Source of the DNA: Tubiluchus corallicola
Taxonomy: Eukaryota > Animalia > Priapulida
Assembly (NCBI GenBank): GCA_030141605.1
Contig: JAQGDQ010000804.1
Span: forward strand, 29,785 to 93,784
Direction: 5' to 3'
DNA length: 64,000 nucleotides
Shown here in pieces: positions 11,367 to 59,394 of the stretch. The translations under genes were made by a program, and so were the position numbers. Numbering within the stretch: position 1 is the stretch's first letter; each line of letters opens with the position of its first letter. A model generated the notes under the pieces. It saw only the letters and a list, made by a program, of their open reading frames with translations, made no database searches and was not told the DNA's origin.

Positions 11367-12401
11367 CATGCTTTTTATCACTCATATTTGTTCAACATTT
11401 TTTGTTTATTCACCCTTATTTGTTCTATTTAAAAAAAGCAAAACTTTGGTGAGATACAGAGCCCAGAACTTCTCAGCAAGTTATATATATAATATGATAT
11501 CCGTCATTTCTATATAATTGTGCAATCCAGCACTCAATGACAAGACCTACTCATTGTAGATGGTTGAGGTTGGACTGGAATCTAGCTGATCAACAAGGCT
11601 AAGCTTCTAGAACAAGACAGTGTTCAGATGTAGGTGTCTTAGCCATGTTCAGATGTGAATATGTCATCTCTCTACGAGGATATTATATACATAGCTTGCA
11701 ATAAACGCAGCTCTCATAGTTTTCAAGCATATATTTATTTTACACATACATTTTACTCAGTTCAGTTTCTATCTGGTTGGTTAAACATGGTTAAAGTTAT
11801 TGACTTCAGTTTAGTAATGAAATTCTCACTTCCCGCGCAATCCTAGGGTCTAACATCAGTGGCAGCTCCTGCATAGGCACTGTGGAACTGCAGCGCCCCC
11901 TGCAGTTCTTTACTCGATATTATCAATAACATACAATATTATGAGTCTTTTTCTTTAATTCTTTCTTTATACTTGTACATTCTTCAATCCTTAAGCTTAA
12001 TGTCACTAGCCATCCCCTAGCTCAAGAAAAAAACCACAAAAATCCTTGTATGGCTTCATAGCTCCACGGAAGTGAGCTTCATAGCTCACTTTGTTTGGCT
12101 GTTGTGAGCATACGGCTATGCACTGATGTCCAAGATAAGAAGCTGCACGCTACGTAGAGAAAGCACTGTCGCTCACACAGTGCCGACCCTGTTTTTGCAA
12201 GTGTAAGGTAGTGTTTCTTTCTCGTGTTTCTTTTATACGTTTGTTTTGTTTTTCACAATATTAAAACAATGGCTAAAAATCTTTTGAAGCAACGCCCTCA
12301 CCAACTTCCACTGTCTAACGTGGTTTACACATTCAAATGAGGAATCATCGTCAAATCAAGTCACTCAGCTCAGTCACTTTTGAATTTGCTTAATATAACT
12401 G

Positions 12402-14216
12402 CTATTTATTAGCATGTTTTTTTACGCTGTGAATTTTTAAACCATGCATGTGTCGAAATGCTGCTCCACATTCAGTACAGATGCATGGTTCTTCTTTTGA
12501 GTGAACTCTCCTCGTGTGCTTGTTTAAATAAGTTGCATCAGCGAAAGCTAGAGAACACTCGGTGCACTTAAATGGTTTTCTACCCGTATGACTGCTCATA
12601 TGTATTTTTAAGTTTGCCGAGTATCGATAAGCTGCACCACACTCGCTGCAAATGTATGGCCTTTCCTGTGTGTGAACCCTCATGTGCCTTTTCAAATGAG
12701 TTGTATCAACAAAAGCTGATGAACATTCAGTGCACTTGTAAGGTTTTTCTCCAGTGTGAATTCTTAAATGTGTTTTTAAACTAGCAGACTGACTAAAAGC
12801 ATGTTGACATAAAGTACATTTAAAAGGTTTTTCACCTGTATGCACCCTCATGTGTATTTTTAAAGTGTGAGATTCGAAAAAGCTTGCTGGACACTGAGTG
12901 CATTTACATGGCTTCTCAGAAGAATGAGTTCTCATGTGTTTTTTCAAAACATTGGGACAATTAAATGAAGAGCTGCAAATGCTACACTTGAATGGCTTCA
13001 ACCCAATATGGCTCAATATGTGTCTCCTCAAAGAAACTAACTGAGCAAAAGTGGCATTGCACTTATCACATTTATAAGGTTTTACTCCTGTGTGAGTTCT
13101 CATATGTGTCTTAAGGTGTGCCATGTCAATAAAAGAGGCTTCACATTTATCACACTTGTACGGCTTTCTGCCTATGTGAATCAGTAAATGTTTCTTTAAG
13201 CTAGATGAATACCCAAAGACTGCTTGGCATTTGTCACATTTGTAAGGTTTCTCACCCGTATGGCTCCTCTTATGTGAGGTTAAATGTGACGAGTGAATGA
13301 AAGCAGCACAACACTTGTCACATTTAAATGGTCTTTCTCCTGTGTGAATCATCACATGCTTTTTCAAACTGAAAGCATGACCAAAGGAAGCTTGACATTG
13401 GTCACACTTAAATGGCTTATCTCCAGTATGCATCTTTAAGTGCCTTTTCAGATAACATTCCCAGGAGAAACTGGCATTGCAGTGGCTACACTTAAAACGC
13501 TTTGCAGATCCAGTGTGAATCTTCATGTGAGTAATCAAGTGAGTAGAGTGACTAAATGTCACATGACACAGCCGGCATTGAAAAAGCTGAGTCACCAAAT
13601 GTTTTCTCAAATGCTTCTTCAAGGTGGATTTGACAGAAAAAGCAGAATTACATTGACTACATTTATAAGGTCTTTCGCCCGTGTGACTTCTTCCGTGTAC
13701 CTTCAAGCCTGACAAGTCCCTAAAGGCTGCTGCACATTCAGTGCATTTAAATGGCTTATCTCCCGTGTGAGATTTAACATGTCGTTTCAAGCTGGACTTA
13801 TGATTGAAAGACGTCTCACACATATCACACTGAAATTTCTTCTCACAGCTGTGGGTTCTCAAGTGTGAGGAAGTTTTGAAAACCGACAGACATAGGAGAC
13901 AAGCGAATGGTGGTCTTTCTAGTTCTGCTGCTTTTGAAGAGGATCCGTCATTTTGTCCATCCAACAGATTTTCTTCAAACTTTACATCATCATTTGTAAG
14001 AGAGTCTTCTTCAAACTTTGTAAAGTTATCGAGATCATCAACTTCACATTCTTTATCATCAACTTTCCCACCTTCTAACTGGTATGACGAATCTGGATCA
14101 TACTTCACAGCATTGTCACTAACGCTAACATCGCACGCTTCGTCGCAAACTTCCGATGCTGGCTCAATTTTAATTAGAAAGCTTTCCAGTTGATAAACAT
14201 TATGATGGGTATCCAT
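12402..14216 (-). CDS. C2H2 zinc-finger protein (about 18 fingers, acidic N-terminus), single coding exon
   Basis: 604-aa ORF with repeated CxxC-x12-HxxxH and TGEKPY-type linkers; acceptor tcccttacag about 50 nt upstream of the ATG. Confidence 0.95.
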   Translation of the reverse strand: MDTHHNVYQLESFLIKIEPASEVCDEACDVSVSDNAVKYDPDSSYQLEGGKVDDKECEVDDLDNFTKFEEDSLTNDDVKFEENLLDGQNDGSSSKAAELERPPFACLLCLSVFKTSSHLRTHSCEKKFQCDMCETSFNHKSSLKRHVKSHTGDKPFKCTECAAAFRDLSGLKVHGRSHTGERPYKCSQCNSAFSVKSTLKKHLRKHLVTQLFQCRLCHVTFSHSTHLITHMKIHTGSAKRFKCSHCNASFSWECYLKRHLKMHTGDKPFKCDQCQASFGHAFSLKKHVMIHTGERPFKCDKCCAAFIHSSHLTSHKRSHTGEKPYKCDKCQAVFGYSSSLKKHLLIHIGRKPYKCDKCEASFIDMAHLKTHMRTHTGVKPYKCDKCNATFAQLVSLRRHILSHIGLKPFKCSICSSSFNCPNVLKKHMRTHSSEKPCKCTQCPASFFESHTLKIHMRVHTGEKPFKCTLCQHAFSQSASLKTHLRIHTGEKPYKCTECSSAFVDTTHLKRHMRVHTQERPYICSECGAAYRYSANLKIHMSSHTGRKPFKCTECSLAFADATYLNKHTRRVHSKEEPCICTECGAAFRHMHGLKIHSVKKHANK

Positions 14217-14699
14217 GACGACCAGTTAGTGCTCAAGCATCAGCTGATTAGATGATTTTTGTCATTCCTGTAAGGGATGAAATTGTTTAATTTTAATTGC
14301 GGATGCATTAAGACATAGCAAATAAATGATCCAAGGTGAAAATAATATTATAGCATTAACAATTTCGTAAAGACAATTCTTACAAGACGACTTTAAAAAT
14401 GTTCCAGGTAATGTTGTTACCCATTGTTCGACAGTGGTATAGATTTTACGTGTAAATTCTGTTAGCCTGCTATCATTTGAGGATCAATAAACGAAAAATA
14501 TGTAGAATGTCTATGCAGTATTGATCATTGGTAGACAGACTAATAGCATGTATTATAGCACGCAGTTTTGACTTTGTGCAAAATGTTTTGGATGGTTTTG
14601 TTGTGATTGTGTGCTGTTGGTGTTGGTACTGTAGGTGTCGTCATTGTTGTCATCATCATCATCATCACCATGGTAGATGTGGTGAGTGTGCTGTGAATG

Positions 14700-15025
14700 G
14701 TGTGGTGGGAAAGTAAGGTGGGTGTGGTGTAGTTTGGTCTCGGTGGTGTGGTGTAGTTTGGTCTGGGTGGTGTGGTATTGATGGTGTGGTATGGGTGATA
14801 TGGTGCGGATAATGTGGTGTAAAGTGGTGTGGTGTGCTATGGTGTGATGTTGTGGTATGGTGTGGAGCGTGTTGCGAGTGGAGCAGTGGGTGGTGTGGTG
14901 TTGATGATGTCGTATGGGTGATATGGTGCGGATAATGTGGTGTGGTGTGCTATGGTGTGATGTTGTGGTATGGTACGGAGCGTGTGTTGCGAGTGGAATA
15001 GTGAGTTAGTGTGGTGTGATGTGGG
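14700..15025. repeat. Degenerate (GGTGT)n low-complexity repeat
   Basis: Runs of ggtgt with an internal duplication. Confidence 0.8.
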
Positions 15026-16149
15026 TTATTGTTGTGAGTTTATGCGCAAATTTTTTTGCAGGGTTTGGCTAGTGTATTATGAATACGGAAACACTCTGTA
15101 TACTTGCACATCTGAGTTAAAGAAATCTACGGCCAGGTCTATCGCCACTATGGAGCTGAAAAGTACCTAACAAATTACTCTAAGTAATAATAATATACCG
15201 AGTTCATCAAACATTATAAAATATGAATAACGACAAATCTGACACTAAATAAACAAAAATATTCTGTATCTTTATTGTTCAGCAGTTGTAAAAATATTAT
15301 TTATTAGACCATAAATGACTAACCAAACAAAAAGAAATCAGATATGCTGTAATATAACATTCAAAAGAAATGCATACGAGTTAAAAATGAGTTTTTGTGA
15401 CCAAACTTGTGTGCGTGTTTAAGTTATTTTGCATATATATGCTGTGCTTTTCAATTCTGCATAAAACATTATTTATTGTTGCACATTAGAGTACCTCTAC
15501 ACTTGTTATTAACGGTACTGTCTGTCCTATTATTGTTCACGTCTGTGATGTAAAATTCAGTTGAGTGACGTAAAATGAGTTATGAATCAGGTTTATTAAC
15601 CTTTTTTGATACTGTAGTAATGTTTTTATTGACTATAATAGTTGTAAGCAGTGACTTGCTTGGGGTGCTATTACAATGGTACAAATTCCCTGCTAATTGA
15701 ATTTAGAAACCAGAAAAAATAGGAACTTTGAAATTCGGACACAGCTTGGCTGACTAGTTATAATAATGGACTGTCAGGAGGTTTGGGTAACACGGCAATC
15801 TAACGATTATGGTGCTGCCTTGCGAGCAGATGGTCTATGGTTCAATTCCAGGCTGTGTTATAACTTGTCACGTTTCCTGCATTTCAAAGGTTGGTTTTCA
15901 TACATTAACTCTGGTAATTTTGGGTTTGTGCCATTATGCTGTCCTAGAAATTTTTTTGCCTTGAAATGTTTTAATATTTACTTACTAATGTAACTTTAAT
16001 TACAGATTATGAAGACTTGACATTATCACTACGCTTAGGATGTTATGTATTGGTTTGCTTCTACTTCTGGCAGTAAATAGTGAGCATTTCTGCATGTTTT
16101 TTATCTGTATTGTCCATTGAATTTAAATGAAAGTTTTTAAAAGTCATCC

Positions 16150-16692
16150 TAAGTAAGGAAACCTTGAAAGGAAACCTACTGTTTCTTCACATATGCGCCA
16201 CTAGTTCTTCGCTGTTACATGCATTTCACCATTCACTAGAATGATGGCACTAGCATCTGCATTTCGGAAATGCATTGCACAAAAAACAGGTGTTGCATCT
16301 CTCAGTTCAAGTGTGTTAGTGTGTGACTAAATACACACGTTCGACAGTTCAAATATGAGCATGATAAGTTTGAAATTTGTATTTTTATCTTAGAACTTGC
16401 CAAGTGACTGCAGTGTACAACACACTGAATATTTTACAGTAGCGCTGTACTTCAATTTTTGCTTTCACAAACACGTGCAACACGTTCGTGGAATATTTCT
16501 GATCTTGAACATTATGTCAGTTTGTGACTTCAGTATGTCAGTTTATTTGGGCTCGCCCACCATTAATTAAGTTTTTAGTCTATTATTTAATTATCAGAAA
16601 CGCTTTTGCAGTATTAATTGCGTTAAAATGTATACTTTTTTCCGTACTTGCAAATGGGTTAGTATATGAAAAATCAGCCTGTCTTCCTTTAA
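16150..16692 (-). mobile_element. Dispersed repeat family A (non-autonomous, Kolobok-like ends)
   Basis: Shares blocks (aaatgcatgtaacagcgaagaactagtgg; gcacgtgtttg..aaagc.aaaattgaagtacag) with six other loci; ends gtcttcct-TTAA. Confidence 0.7.
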
Positions 16693-18019
16693 AGTCCACG
16701 TTTCCTCATCTTACATTACAAACAGCAGTCTTCTATCCCACTTTGTTATTCTTCTACGGCAATTATTACCGTCATTTACTTCAAACAAGCTTTACATAAA
16801 TATTTTGTTTAAAAAAATGGTATCACTCAAAATTATTAAATAAAGTAAAAAAGTGAAGAGAAATATATAATGATATAGTACAATATTAGTAATAAAAACA
16901 GCGATTATAAAAATGTTAATAGGTCTAATCGATAAACCAGTTATGCTAACTTCAAGCAAAACTTTTTAATAATTCTCGTAAAACATACAAGCGGGAGAAA
17001 TTAACATGATAATGTCTACAGTAGAGGCCTAAAAGATCAGAAGCGCATCCAGAAAGGGTTGACTGGACCACTCACTTTTGAGGAAAAAATTAAGTATAAT
17101 CAAGTATCCAGTTTTAAAGACAGGCAAATTAACTTAATACTGTAACGCAGTGTTATAGCTTTGCGAAGTCAGGAGAGTTCCTTTTACAAGTTATACAAGT
17201 TTATTTATTTATTTATTAACTCAGCATCTAACAGTTATAATAAAAATACAGATAATTTCACTGAAGTAAATATAAATATAAATGCAATATTATCCTGAAA
17301 TTACAAAAGAGATTCTTATGCAGCATACACATGTGCGAATTACATTACAGAATAATTTTGATGCATACAGTTTGAGCATCACCTTTGCATAACCACGCGT
17401 ATACACAGACGAATACTGTTATTTCAATTGAAAAATTACTTAAAATTCATCACCAACTTTTAAAATTTACAAACTGCAAAAAATATTATCAACTTAAGTC
17501 TCGAATTGTTGTTACGACAGCTCATATCTTCAAAGACGAAAACCAGCACATTTAATTCACTTTCATTTTTGTGATAAACGCAAATGCCAAACATCAAATC
17601 AGTTGCAAATGAAAGACGGACGAATGCAAAGGTTCACGATACTTAAGAAAACTAGTGTTGTTATCTTCGTTATTACTAATACTAACTTTATTTAAAACTG
17701 AATAGATTTTTTTGGAAAACAGTCTTTCTCTTCTATATTATTATTTATATGAATAATAAGGGGTTTTTGGGATCCATGTATCGCAACATTAGCTATTAAT
17801 TTTATCTAATAGCAAACTCCGTTGAAAGGAATGGACTGATTAGCCGTGTCATTTTTTTAGATTTTAGAAATTTTACAAAGGAAAAAACGTTAATATACAA
17901 TTTTTATCGAGACTACTGGCATGCCTCTGGACAACAATAGGAAGAAAATGTTGTAATTGTGCTGCCTAGATTAATGGTAAATTTGAGAAACAAAACAGAA
18001 GTGCATTAAATGATTTCTT

Positions 18020-18200
18020 TCTCACACTCACTCACTTTCACATACTCACTCGCTCACACACACATACACATCCTTCCAGAATGAGGACAAGGTACGAAAG
18101 GTAAAAATTCAACATGTTGATGAGGAACACGAACACACACATACACACACACACAAACACACACACACAAACACACACACACACACACACACACGCATAT
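18020..18200. repeat. (CA)n microsatellite region
   Basis: cacaca runs. Confidence 0.85.
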
Positions 18201-19479
18201 ACACTTTCTTCTAGAAAGAGGACAAACTGCAAAAGGTAGAAATTCAGCATGTTGCTGAGGAATACATGAACGATACATGTTAGTACGATGATGTTATGAC
18301 GACGATTAAGTCATGATAATATTTCCTTAGCATAAACATAGCCAAACTAAGAAGAAAGTAAAAAGAGGCACAATTGATTGCATATTGTATTACATAGTTT
18401 TATAGGGATGAACTGACAGTTGTGAGTATTTGCATGTACGTACTGTGAAGCAATGATTGTATATACACTATACATATTCAAAGTGATCATTCGAAATACT
18501 TGGCAAATACGTGTGATTTAAGATTTTTCTTTAGTTTATGAATTGACAGAAGTTTTAATGTATTCAAGTAATTTATTCCAAGCTGACAGTTTCCATGAGC
18601 CCAAGTTCTCATTAGTCCATTTATTCTAAGTTCCCATTAGTGGAAATAAAGTGTTTACCAACATAAGTTCTTGAAAATTTAATAGTAGACATAGACATTT
18701 TTATTTATCTCCTCATTTAATCCAGTACACGAATTGGCTATTATTTTTATAGATATTGATTAAAAACGATAAATTAAGCATAAAGGAAAGAGTTAGGAGT
18801 AGTATATTTATAATATACAATTAATAATATATTCATTGTATCCAAGTCGCCCATTTTACATTAAGTTTAGCTGGTTTATTGAAAAAGTTTGGAAATAACT
18901 TCAAACGAATCTTTATAAATATATACAGAGGTACCGTAAGACAACAGATCTTCTAACCTAAAAATTTTACTATCAAGATAATGAGCTTTAGTGACTGTTG
19001 TTCATTTAGGTAATTTATGAAAAATACAAACAAATTTTCTTTGTAGTCTTTGAAGTTTAAACAAATTAGATAGATAAATTTACGATGCATGAGTCATTGA
19101 ATGAATTACCCCGAGAACTTATTAATCTTTTTAACTTTACTATTTTGTCCTGGATTTTTGGGTCCTAAAGCATGTGCTTTGTATGCCTAATGGCGCCGGG
19201 CTTGCTGCGATAACAGACAAAACACAATAAAACAAACAAACTGAGGCATTAACTTTGGAGAGTTAAAATCAACTAAAATTATTATCCTGCACTTAAACCC
19301 CAACTTTATATTTTACTAATAATATCATTTTTCATACTTTTCTTTTTGCGCCATTTGTAACTACCTTTGCTTTGTGCCGTTTTTTCCTGTGCCACTTTTA
19401 CCGTGCCATTTTTATCTACATTCTTCAATATGCAGTCACGACTCACTAGTCAGAGCTGTGTAGAAATTGGTAATTCAGG

Positions 19480-19596
19480 AAGGGACGTAACCGAAAGAAG
19501 TAGATAGAAAATAAAGCATCGCTAAATTAACCTCACGTCGACGCGAAATACGTGCAACAAATACTTTTTCAATTTTATGTTTTTCGCAATAACGAG
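19480..19596 (+). other. Candidate non-coding first exon of the HECW gene
   Basis: CpG-richer patch ending in a donor-like GAG|GTTAGT at 19596/19597; possible acceptor atag at about 20604 before the first coding exon. The 5' boundary is a guess. Confidence 0.3.
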
Positions 19597-20670
19597 GTTA
19601 GTATTTTTCGCAGCGTTAAATTCTGCATTTTTTCACGATTGGTGTTAGCTATAAATTATAATTACTATTACTAAGGTAATAATTAGATATTTTTAAAATC
19701 TATCTGCGATAAAATGAAAGAGTTTATTTTTACCTTTAACGATTGCTAGGTGGTAATTGGGAAAATCGCTGAGAAAAACCAGGTAAGACCTCCTGCAATG
19801 ATGTGACTCACCGTTGCTTGTAATGTATGTATTTTCAAAACACTTTTGTTAGCAACGTGAAGTTCGTACGAAAAATTTGAGGTAGAATTGATTAATAGTA
19901 AGCACTTGTGGGAACATTTTATCGACAGGTTTTAAAGTGATGTGGAGAATCAAATTTATTGGAAATGTGTGTGAAGACACAACCTTTAATTCTTACCACG
20001 CTGTATTTTTGTGTGATATCTTCCCTGTAATATGATGTTGTAGATTTCGAATCAGACAAATTTGTGTTGTTCGATACCCCCGATGTTGCATATTGGAATA
20101 ACCCAATATTAAGCAAAATTTGATACTTTCCCTATATATCGGCTTCAACTTTCAACCATTCAGAAGAGGCAAAGCGCATATGACCGCTTAAGTCTTCTGC
20201 AAAGCATGATACATCTTTCTGTACAGTTTGGAGATACTCGTGATCAAAGATTAGTGTTGCCTGCTTAGTATGGGTGAACATTGTGGTAAACACCTCACTA
20301 TAAACAGATGATTTTCTAAGGTGAGACAATGAACTGCTAATGGCAATTTAGCTGTTTTCAGGACTGCCATCCAACTGAGAGCTAGGCGTAGCATTGCTTA
20401 GCTTGTGTGGCCAAACGCATATCGTAGCTACATACCCTTTTGTTTGCAATTCTATTTTTAGCAAAATTACACGCAGCTTTTTTTGCCACTTTTATGTTTG
20501 CACAAAAAGCAGGATTATTTGTTAGTTTGTAAGATTGTAAAGATTGTCTGTTTGTGAAATATTTCGCAATTTCATGATTTTTAACACTTTACTTATAAAT
20601 ATAGCTTGAAAGAATTGGACAACAAAACAAATTGAACGCGAAGTCGATGAAGTAAATAAAATGAAAGGAA

Positions 20671-53892
<33,222 letters not shown>

Positions 53893-53983
53893 GACTGCCA
53901 CCTAGTGAGCAGAAAGAGAACCGCCAATCTGCTATCGTCGATCGTGAGAACCGCGCGATCAGTTCAAAGAATGTTTATATATC

Positions 53984-54247
53984 GTAAGCTTATTTGTATG
54001 GTAAGCTTATTTGTATGGTAAGCTTATTCGTGTGGTAAGCTTATTTGTATGGTAAGCTTATTTGTATGGTAAGCTTGTTTGTTCTGTAAGCTTATTTGTA
54101 TGGTAAGCTTATTTGTATGGTAAGCTTATTTGTATGGTAAGCTTATTTGTATGGTAAGCTTATTTGTATGGTAAGCTTATTTGTATGGTAAGCTTATTTG
54201 TATGGTAAGCTTATTTGTATGGTAAGCTTATTTGTATGGTAAGCTTG
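53984..54247. repeat. 17-bp tandem repeat in the HECW 3' UTR, about 15 copies
   Basis: Unit gtaagcttatttgtatg. Confidence 0.95.
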
Positions 54248-56219
54248 CTACGAAGCTTATCATAAAGTTATCATTAAATTATAATCAACTTTTGTACGAT
54301 TGTCGTGATTTTCACAACAAACTACAAACAGACAATCGATTAACTTTGTAAATTTTTATGAGACCTAAAAGGAAAATGATGCTTAAACTAGAAAAACAAT
54401 TATGAAATGACTCATTAATACATAAATTATGCATAATAGTTATTAAAAATGTTTCATCTTGTGGAATTTAGTTTAATTTTTTACTAAAACAATGAGCAAC
54501 TTCAAAAAGGAATTTTACCTCGAACGAAAACGTCTTTTAATGGTGTATTCAAGTGTAACAGTGACTTGCTTTCTTATAATGTTACCAGCAGAGGGCTGTG
54601 CAATCAGTCCCATGAGCTCAGTGGAGGAAGGGGGGAGCAATCTGTTCTCTGAGCACATTTTTTTAAACTGACACCTTTTTGGCAATTTGCTTAACTCTTT
54701 ACTTCACTCGTGCGATAAAAGTGGAATCTTTTTTAATGGCATGATCTTGGAAGCATTTTCTGGTGGCATGATCTTATCTGACCAACCTGCTTCCCGTGTT
54801 ATTATTACGAGCGTTCATTTATGCAACTCATTTGTCAAGGATGACTGATTGAACCCAGGATGAAATAGTCCCAAACCTAATAATTATGATATATTCTTGT
54901 CATGCGCTGTTACTGTCTGCTGTGGCATAGAGGCAAACATATAATTCATGTGTCACGGTGCCTTTTTTACGCGCTTGCTCCCCCCCCCCACTTTAAAACT
55001 TGGCTAAACTTATCACTTCAGATTCCCAAATCGTTAGGTCATTAAATTTCGGCTTTTGGCCCAGACTCCTGACTTTAACGACACTTTATTAACCCGACTC
55101 AACCAGTTCCAGTAAAACCCCCCGAGTTAAAAGTAAAAAAGTGTTTATGCGTATTGAGTGTTTAAGCCGGGAGTGTTTTAATCAGTTAGTTGTGATTCCT
55201 CCTTAGTAGGAGAAAGTTAACGAATCACTTGAATCTTACATCTACCACGTTTTAACACTGAGGTTCATTTTTGCCTTTAATAACGGTACATTGTTCTAAA
55301 GTTTCATTGTTTTAAGCTGAACAGATTTAGCTAAACTTCGATGCCAAATTTGAATGAAAGGATATTAAATTTTTTTATTTCCTGTCTTTCAAATTTTATA
55401 TCAAAATTCAATTATGTGTTGGTAACATTATTAATAATAACATTAATATTTAGCTTATAATAACTAGGCAGGCTGATGATTACCAACCCCTCCCGGGATT
55501 AACAGTGGACACAACATCTTTTACCGCAGTTGGTCATTGTTTTAGTCAATTTTGGTAGAAAACTTATTGCTATTAGTAGGTAATTTAAATGCATTTTGGT
55601 AAAATTTCATTGTTTAAATGTGACAATGGGAATTATTAATCATAGATATTTCTTTCGCTCAAAACTACATTTTTTTTACGTAATCCACACGATGTTATGT
55701 ATGTGAGAAAGCATTTGCAGCTAAAGTGTGTGTGTAAATAAGGATGAATTGTTTCAAGTCTCTGTAAATAACATGGAATTGTTTTACAGTAGAGATAAAT
55801 TTGTAAATATGGCGTCTTGCAAAATTCGAGTGCGGAGAGAAGTGGATATTATTTTATACGCATTTATACCAAAGCTTGACCTTAAGCTTCACCTTAACCT
55901 TGACTGCATAATGGTCCTCAGCGCCCGCCTACTGACCTGCACCTCCCCTACTGACTGCCCTACAACTCCCCCCACTGACTGCCCCTCCTCCCATCCTGTT
56001 TGCTTACATTCCATGACATATTACACTAAGTGTGTAAAATGAGCATTGTTAAATTTTGTCATATGTTATGTAGTTTACTATTATTTATCAAGTGTATGAG
56101 TTCATAAATGCCTGCCAAAAGAGGAGACTTGGCCTCCTCTCCCAATCGGTCTGCCCATTTGCACACCACACTTTCTGTTATGTGAGGTTATACTGTTAGG
56201 TAAATTCTACTATATGTGT

Positions 56220-56830
56220 TGCTTGCAAACCAAAATAGTCTGTAACTCGGCACAGTTAAAACTACATTATGATGCTTCAAAGTAAGAATGCACCAAAAAT
56301 TTTTTCAAATGTCAATTTCTGTTTATTGTAAAAACAAACGCTAAATATGTTGAAATTTTATATTCTAGCATCAAATTATCAAGGAAATGTTAAAAAATAC
56401 TGAAAATCTCATTTTAGTACCCCGTACTTCTCTGTCTAAAAACTAGTACTGCAGTTGTAAAAAACTTGTATCTTCAAACTCCTATTGTAGTTCATGGAAG
56501 CAGCCATTTTGCTTCTGGTTTTTCTTTTGTCAAGTCCAGGTCTTCGTCAGGAAGAGCCATCTACTGGAATTAAACATAACTTTATTCTGCTCTTGCAAAC
56601 TCCTTAGCAACCAACGTTTGTGTGGTTGCTAAGTGTTTTGTAGAAATGCAACAAAAAACAATGGCTGACTTCAACAGTGAATTTTTTTAAGATAATGATT
56701 TCAGTGTGCAGCCTGCACCTCAACTTCAACGTGCATTAACTCAGCTTAGAAATAACATAAAGTGATGAGCTTGGTATCAAAATGATCCTAATGAAATGGA
56801 GATTCGTGATTTGTGAATAACTAGAAAAGC
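56220..56830 (+). mobile_element. Dispersed repeat family C (inverted copy at 60753-61316)
   Basis: gcttgcaaaccaaaa...actacattatgatgcttcaaag...gtgaataactagaaaa matches the reverse complement of 60753-61316. Confidence 0.75.
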
Positions 56831-59315
56831 TTAATTGCAGACTTATGGACGATTTTGCTGTTGAAACACATTTAGCTACGTAGCTATGTCTTTCATAATT
56901 TTTTTGGCTTGGATATTCAAAAACCTAATCATTTGATCGTATTTGTTCAGAAAGACCAAAAATTTGCCAAAATGAAATTGAAGTTTGAAGAAACTTCTTG
57001 AAGAATGTCTCAATGACAATTATTAAGGAAGCTATTGTGGCGCCATCGTGTACATGATTTTGTAACTCATCAGTTCCATTGGCAAGTAATCATAGGAGTA
57101 TTAGCATAATGTGACAAAGTTGTTGTAGCGAGCACATACTTGTACACACAAATTAATGTATACAAGACTGTTTTAATGCTATGTAACATTATTATTTATA
57201 GTTGTGCACTGTGCAATATTAGTAAAAATATTTATACACTTGGAGAAGAAATATTACTATTTTGCAATTCATGACAAACAATTTATGCATTTAATATAAA
57301 CTCGTTGTTAGTTTTTCATTTAGTTGTTAACTTAGTCGTCAGTTTCTTCAAAGTCTTTTCTGAAACAACTGAGTCCAAATCAACAATATTATTAGAGTCG
57401 TTGTCTGTTGTGTCAACATCAAACTAAACATCTTCTGTCTTCCAACTTATTATTGTTTTTCTCTGTTTAAATCTGTTTCCTTCATTATTATTATTATTTT
57501 CTTATTATTCTTCTTTGTTTCTTTTAACTTCTTGTCATTTTCTTTCTGCTGTCAAAAAATTCGGTCAAGATTTTAATTCAATTTATTTTATTTTCTCACT
57601 AGCAGTTACAGTTCGTCATAATTATTTTTTACATTTCATTGCAGCTGAGAAGGAGCAGTGAAAGACCTATTGGTCACTTGGTCAGCTGCCCCTTATTAAA
57701 AATACAAGTTTACTCACAGGCTCATGACATTTTTAGGTGTTTGTGCATATTTATATATATCATACGTATATAAACATTATAGTATTAAAAATAGATTTGG
57801 TATTAAATTAAGTACTAAGTAGCATAAATGTATATTTAAACTAGTCATATTTTTAAAGGGCGGAAAAAATAGTAAGCGAGAAATGTTTGAGAACTGAATA
57901 CGAGGTTACATTGTGAATAATAATAGTAATAGTTACTATATGCATAAATTTATGGTAAAACAGGTACACTAATGTAAAGATGCGGATGTAAAGATTTTAG
58001 ATACGGAAAGCCATAGTCACTTCAAAAGAATTTTGCATAAACATCCAGAATAACATAGTCAGTATGGTCCAATTTGTGCCTTTTGGAAAAAAGTTACAAA
58101 AATGGCGACCAATGTGGTATTGAAGGCAAAGTAGCTCAACTAAGAAGCAATTTAAACAACACACATGTATTTCTAGGTGATATGAGAGTGTATTATGCTT
58201 CATCAGAAAAATATTCATTTGATGTCAAGGTCATTCACCTTGACCCTTTTCTTACGTTTCCTCTGCTGTACTTTGATCATCTGTTAGAAGTACTAGAACA
58301 ATGAGCTGAATTACATCATTGATTAACATGAGTAAAATGAGTACGTCATGTTCTTACATCAGTAAAAAATTAAAAGAAATAGTTCTGTAAGGTTGCCCTG
58401 CTGTCAGTAAAAAATGTTGCTGTTAACATTTTCATTCCACTACTCTCAATGCTTCCTGCTTGAAAGACGGTGAATATTCAGTCAAGAAAACGTTGTCATT
58501 AAAGTATGACCATTGAATCTTTCACTAAAATGACACCTGCTTACATTGTTATCACATTGTATTATGAGTGAGGGGTGATGCTTGGCGACCGTAAGGTCTT
58601 TCTCCGCCCATCTCATTTTTTAATTACTAATATTTGTCATTTACACTTTGCTGCATAATTATTGTTTTCCGTATGAGACAAACAAATTTAATTCACAATA
58701 AAATATAGGCAACTAAAATGATTGATAATGGTTACTACGATACCTAAATCGACATACCTTTTAGTAAGACTATCAAAATAAGCCATCATATTGCAAATAT
58801 GTCATCTAGTTTGCGAAGTGCGTTGCCCAATCCACATGTGTAATCAATATTTTGTAATTGCTTAAACTCAAACAGCTTCACAGAAAGGAATGGTGGCGAA
58901 AATTTAACTATTGCGTACTTACAAACTTACTTAGATATTTCGAAACCTCCACGTTAGAAGCGTTTCTTTTCTACTGTCTTTTAGCCTAGCACTAACCTGT
59001 AAGGACATTATTTTGACAAGCCATTAGTCCATTACCAGCCGACTGTAGAGCAGTGTTGGAGTCGTTGACGATGGACACTAAAACCGCCTTGAACTATGTT
59101 TTTTTGGAGTTTTCGGCGCGCCATGCCAGTAATAAATGTCATTATTCAAAACTAAGATTGTAAAAAGGCTTATGTGGTATCTTAACAATATATAACACTT
59201 TCTTAGTACATTATATTATAACACTGAGACATTAGTGTTGTGTCAGTAACTATCGTATTTAAGCTATTACACTGATACGTAACATACTATCATATTTATA
59301 CTGACTTGATTGAAA

Positions 59316-59394
59316 ATGCCATTACCGCCTGCCCTTGCTGCTCGTCTCGCCAAAAGAGGTCTCATAAAGAAATCGGACGTTTCAGCGAAAAGAG
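59316..59394 (+). CDS. PQBP1: PQBP1 exon 1
   Basis: MPLPPALAARLAKRGLIK matches the PQBP1 N-terminus (MPLPVALQTRLAKRGILK from memory); donor G|GTGAGG, phase 1. Confidence 0.9.

Noticed and set aside
13440-14193. Plus-strand ORFs over the zinc-finger gene
   Set aside because: Antisense shadows
19919-20329. Two short minus-strand ORFs upstream of HECW
   Set aside because: No recognisable homology or splice support; may be a decayed element
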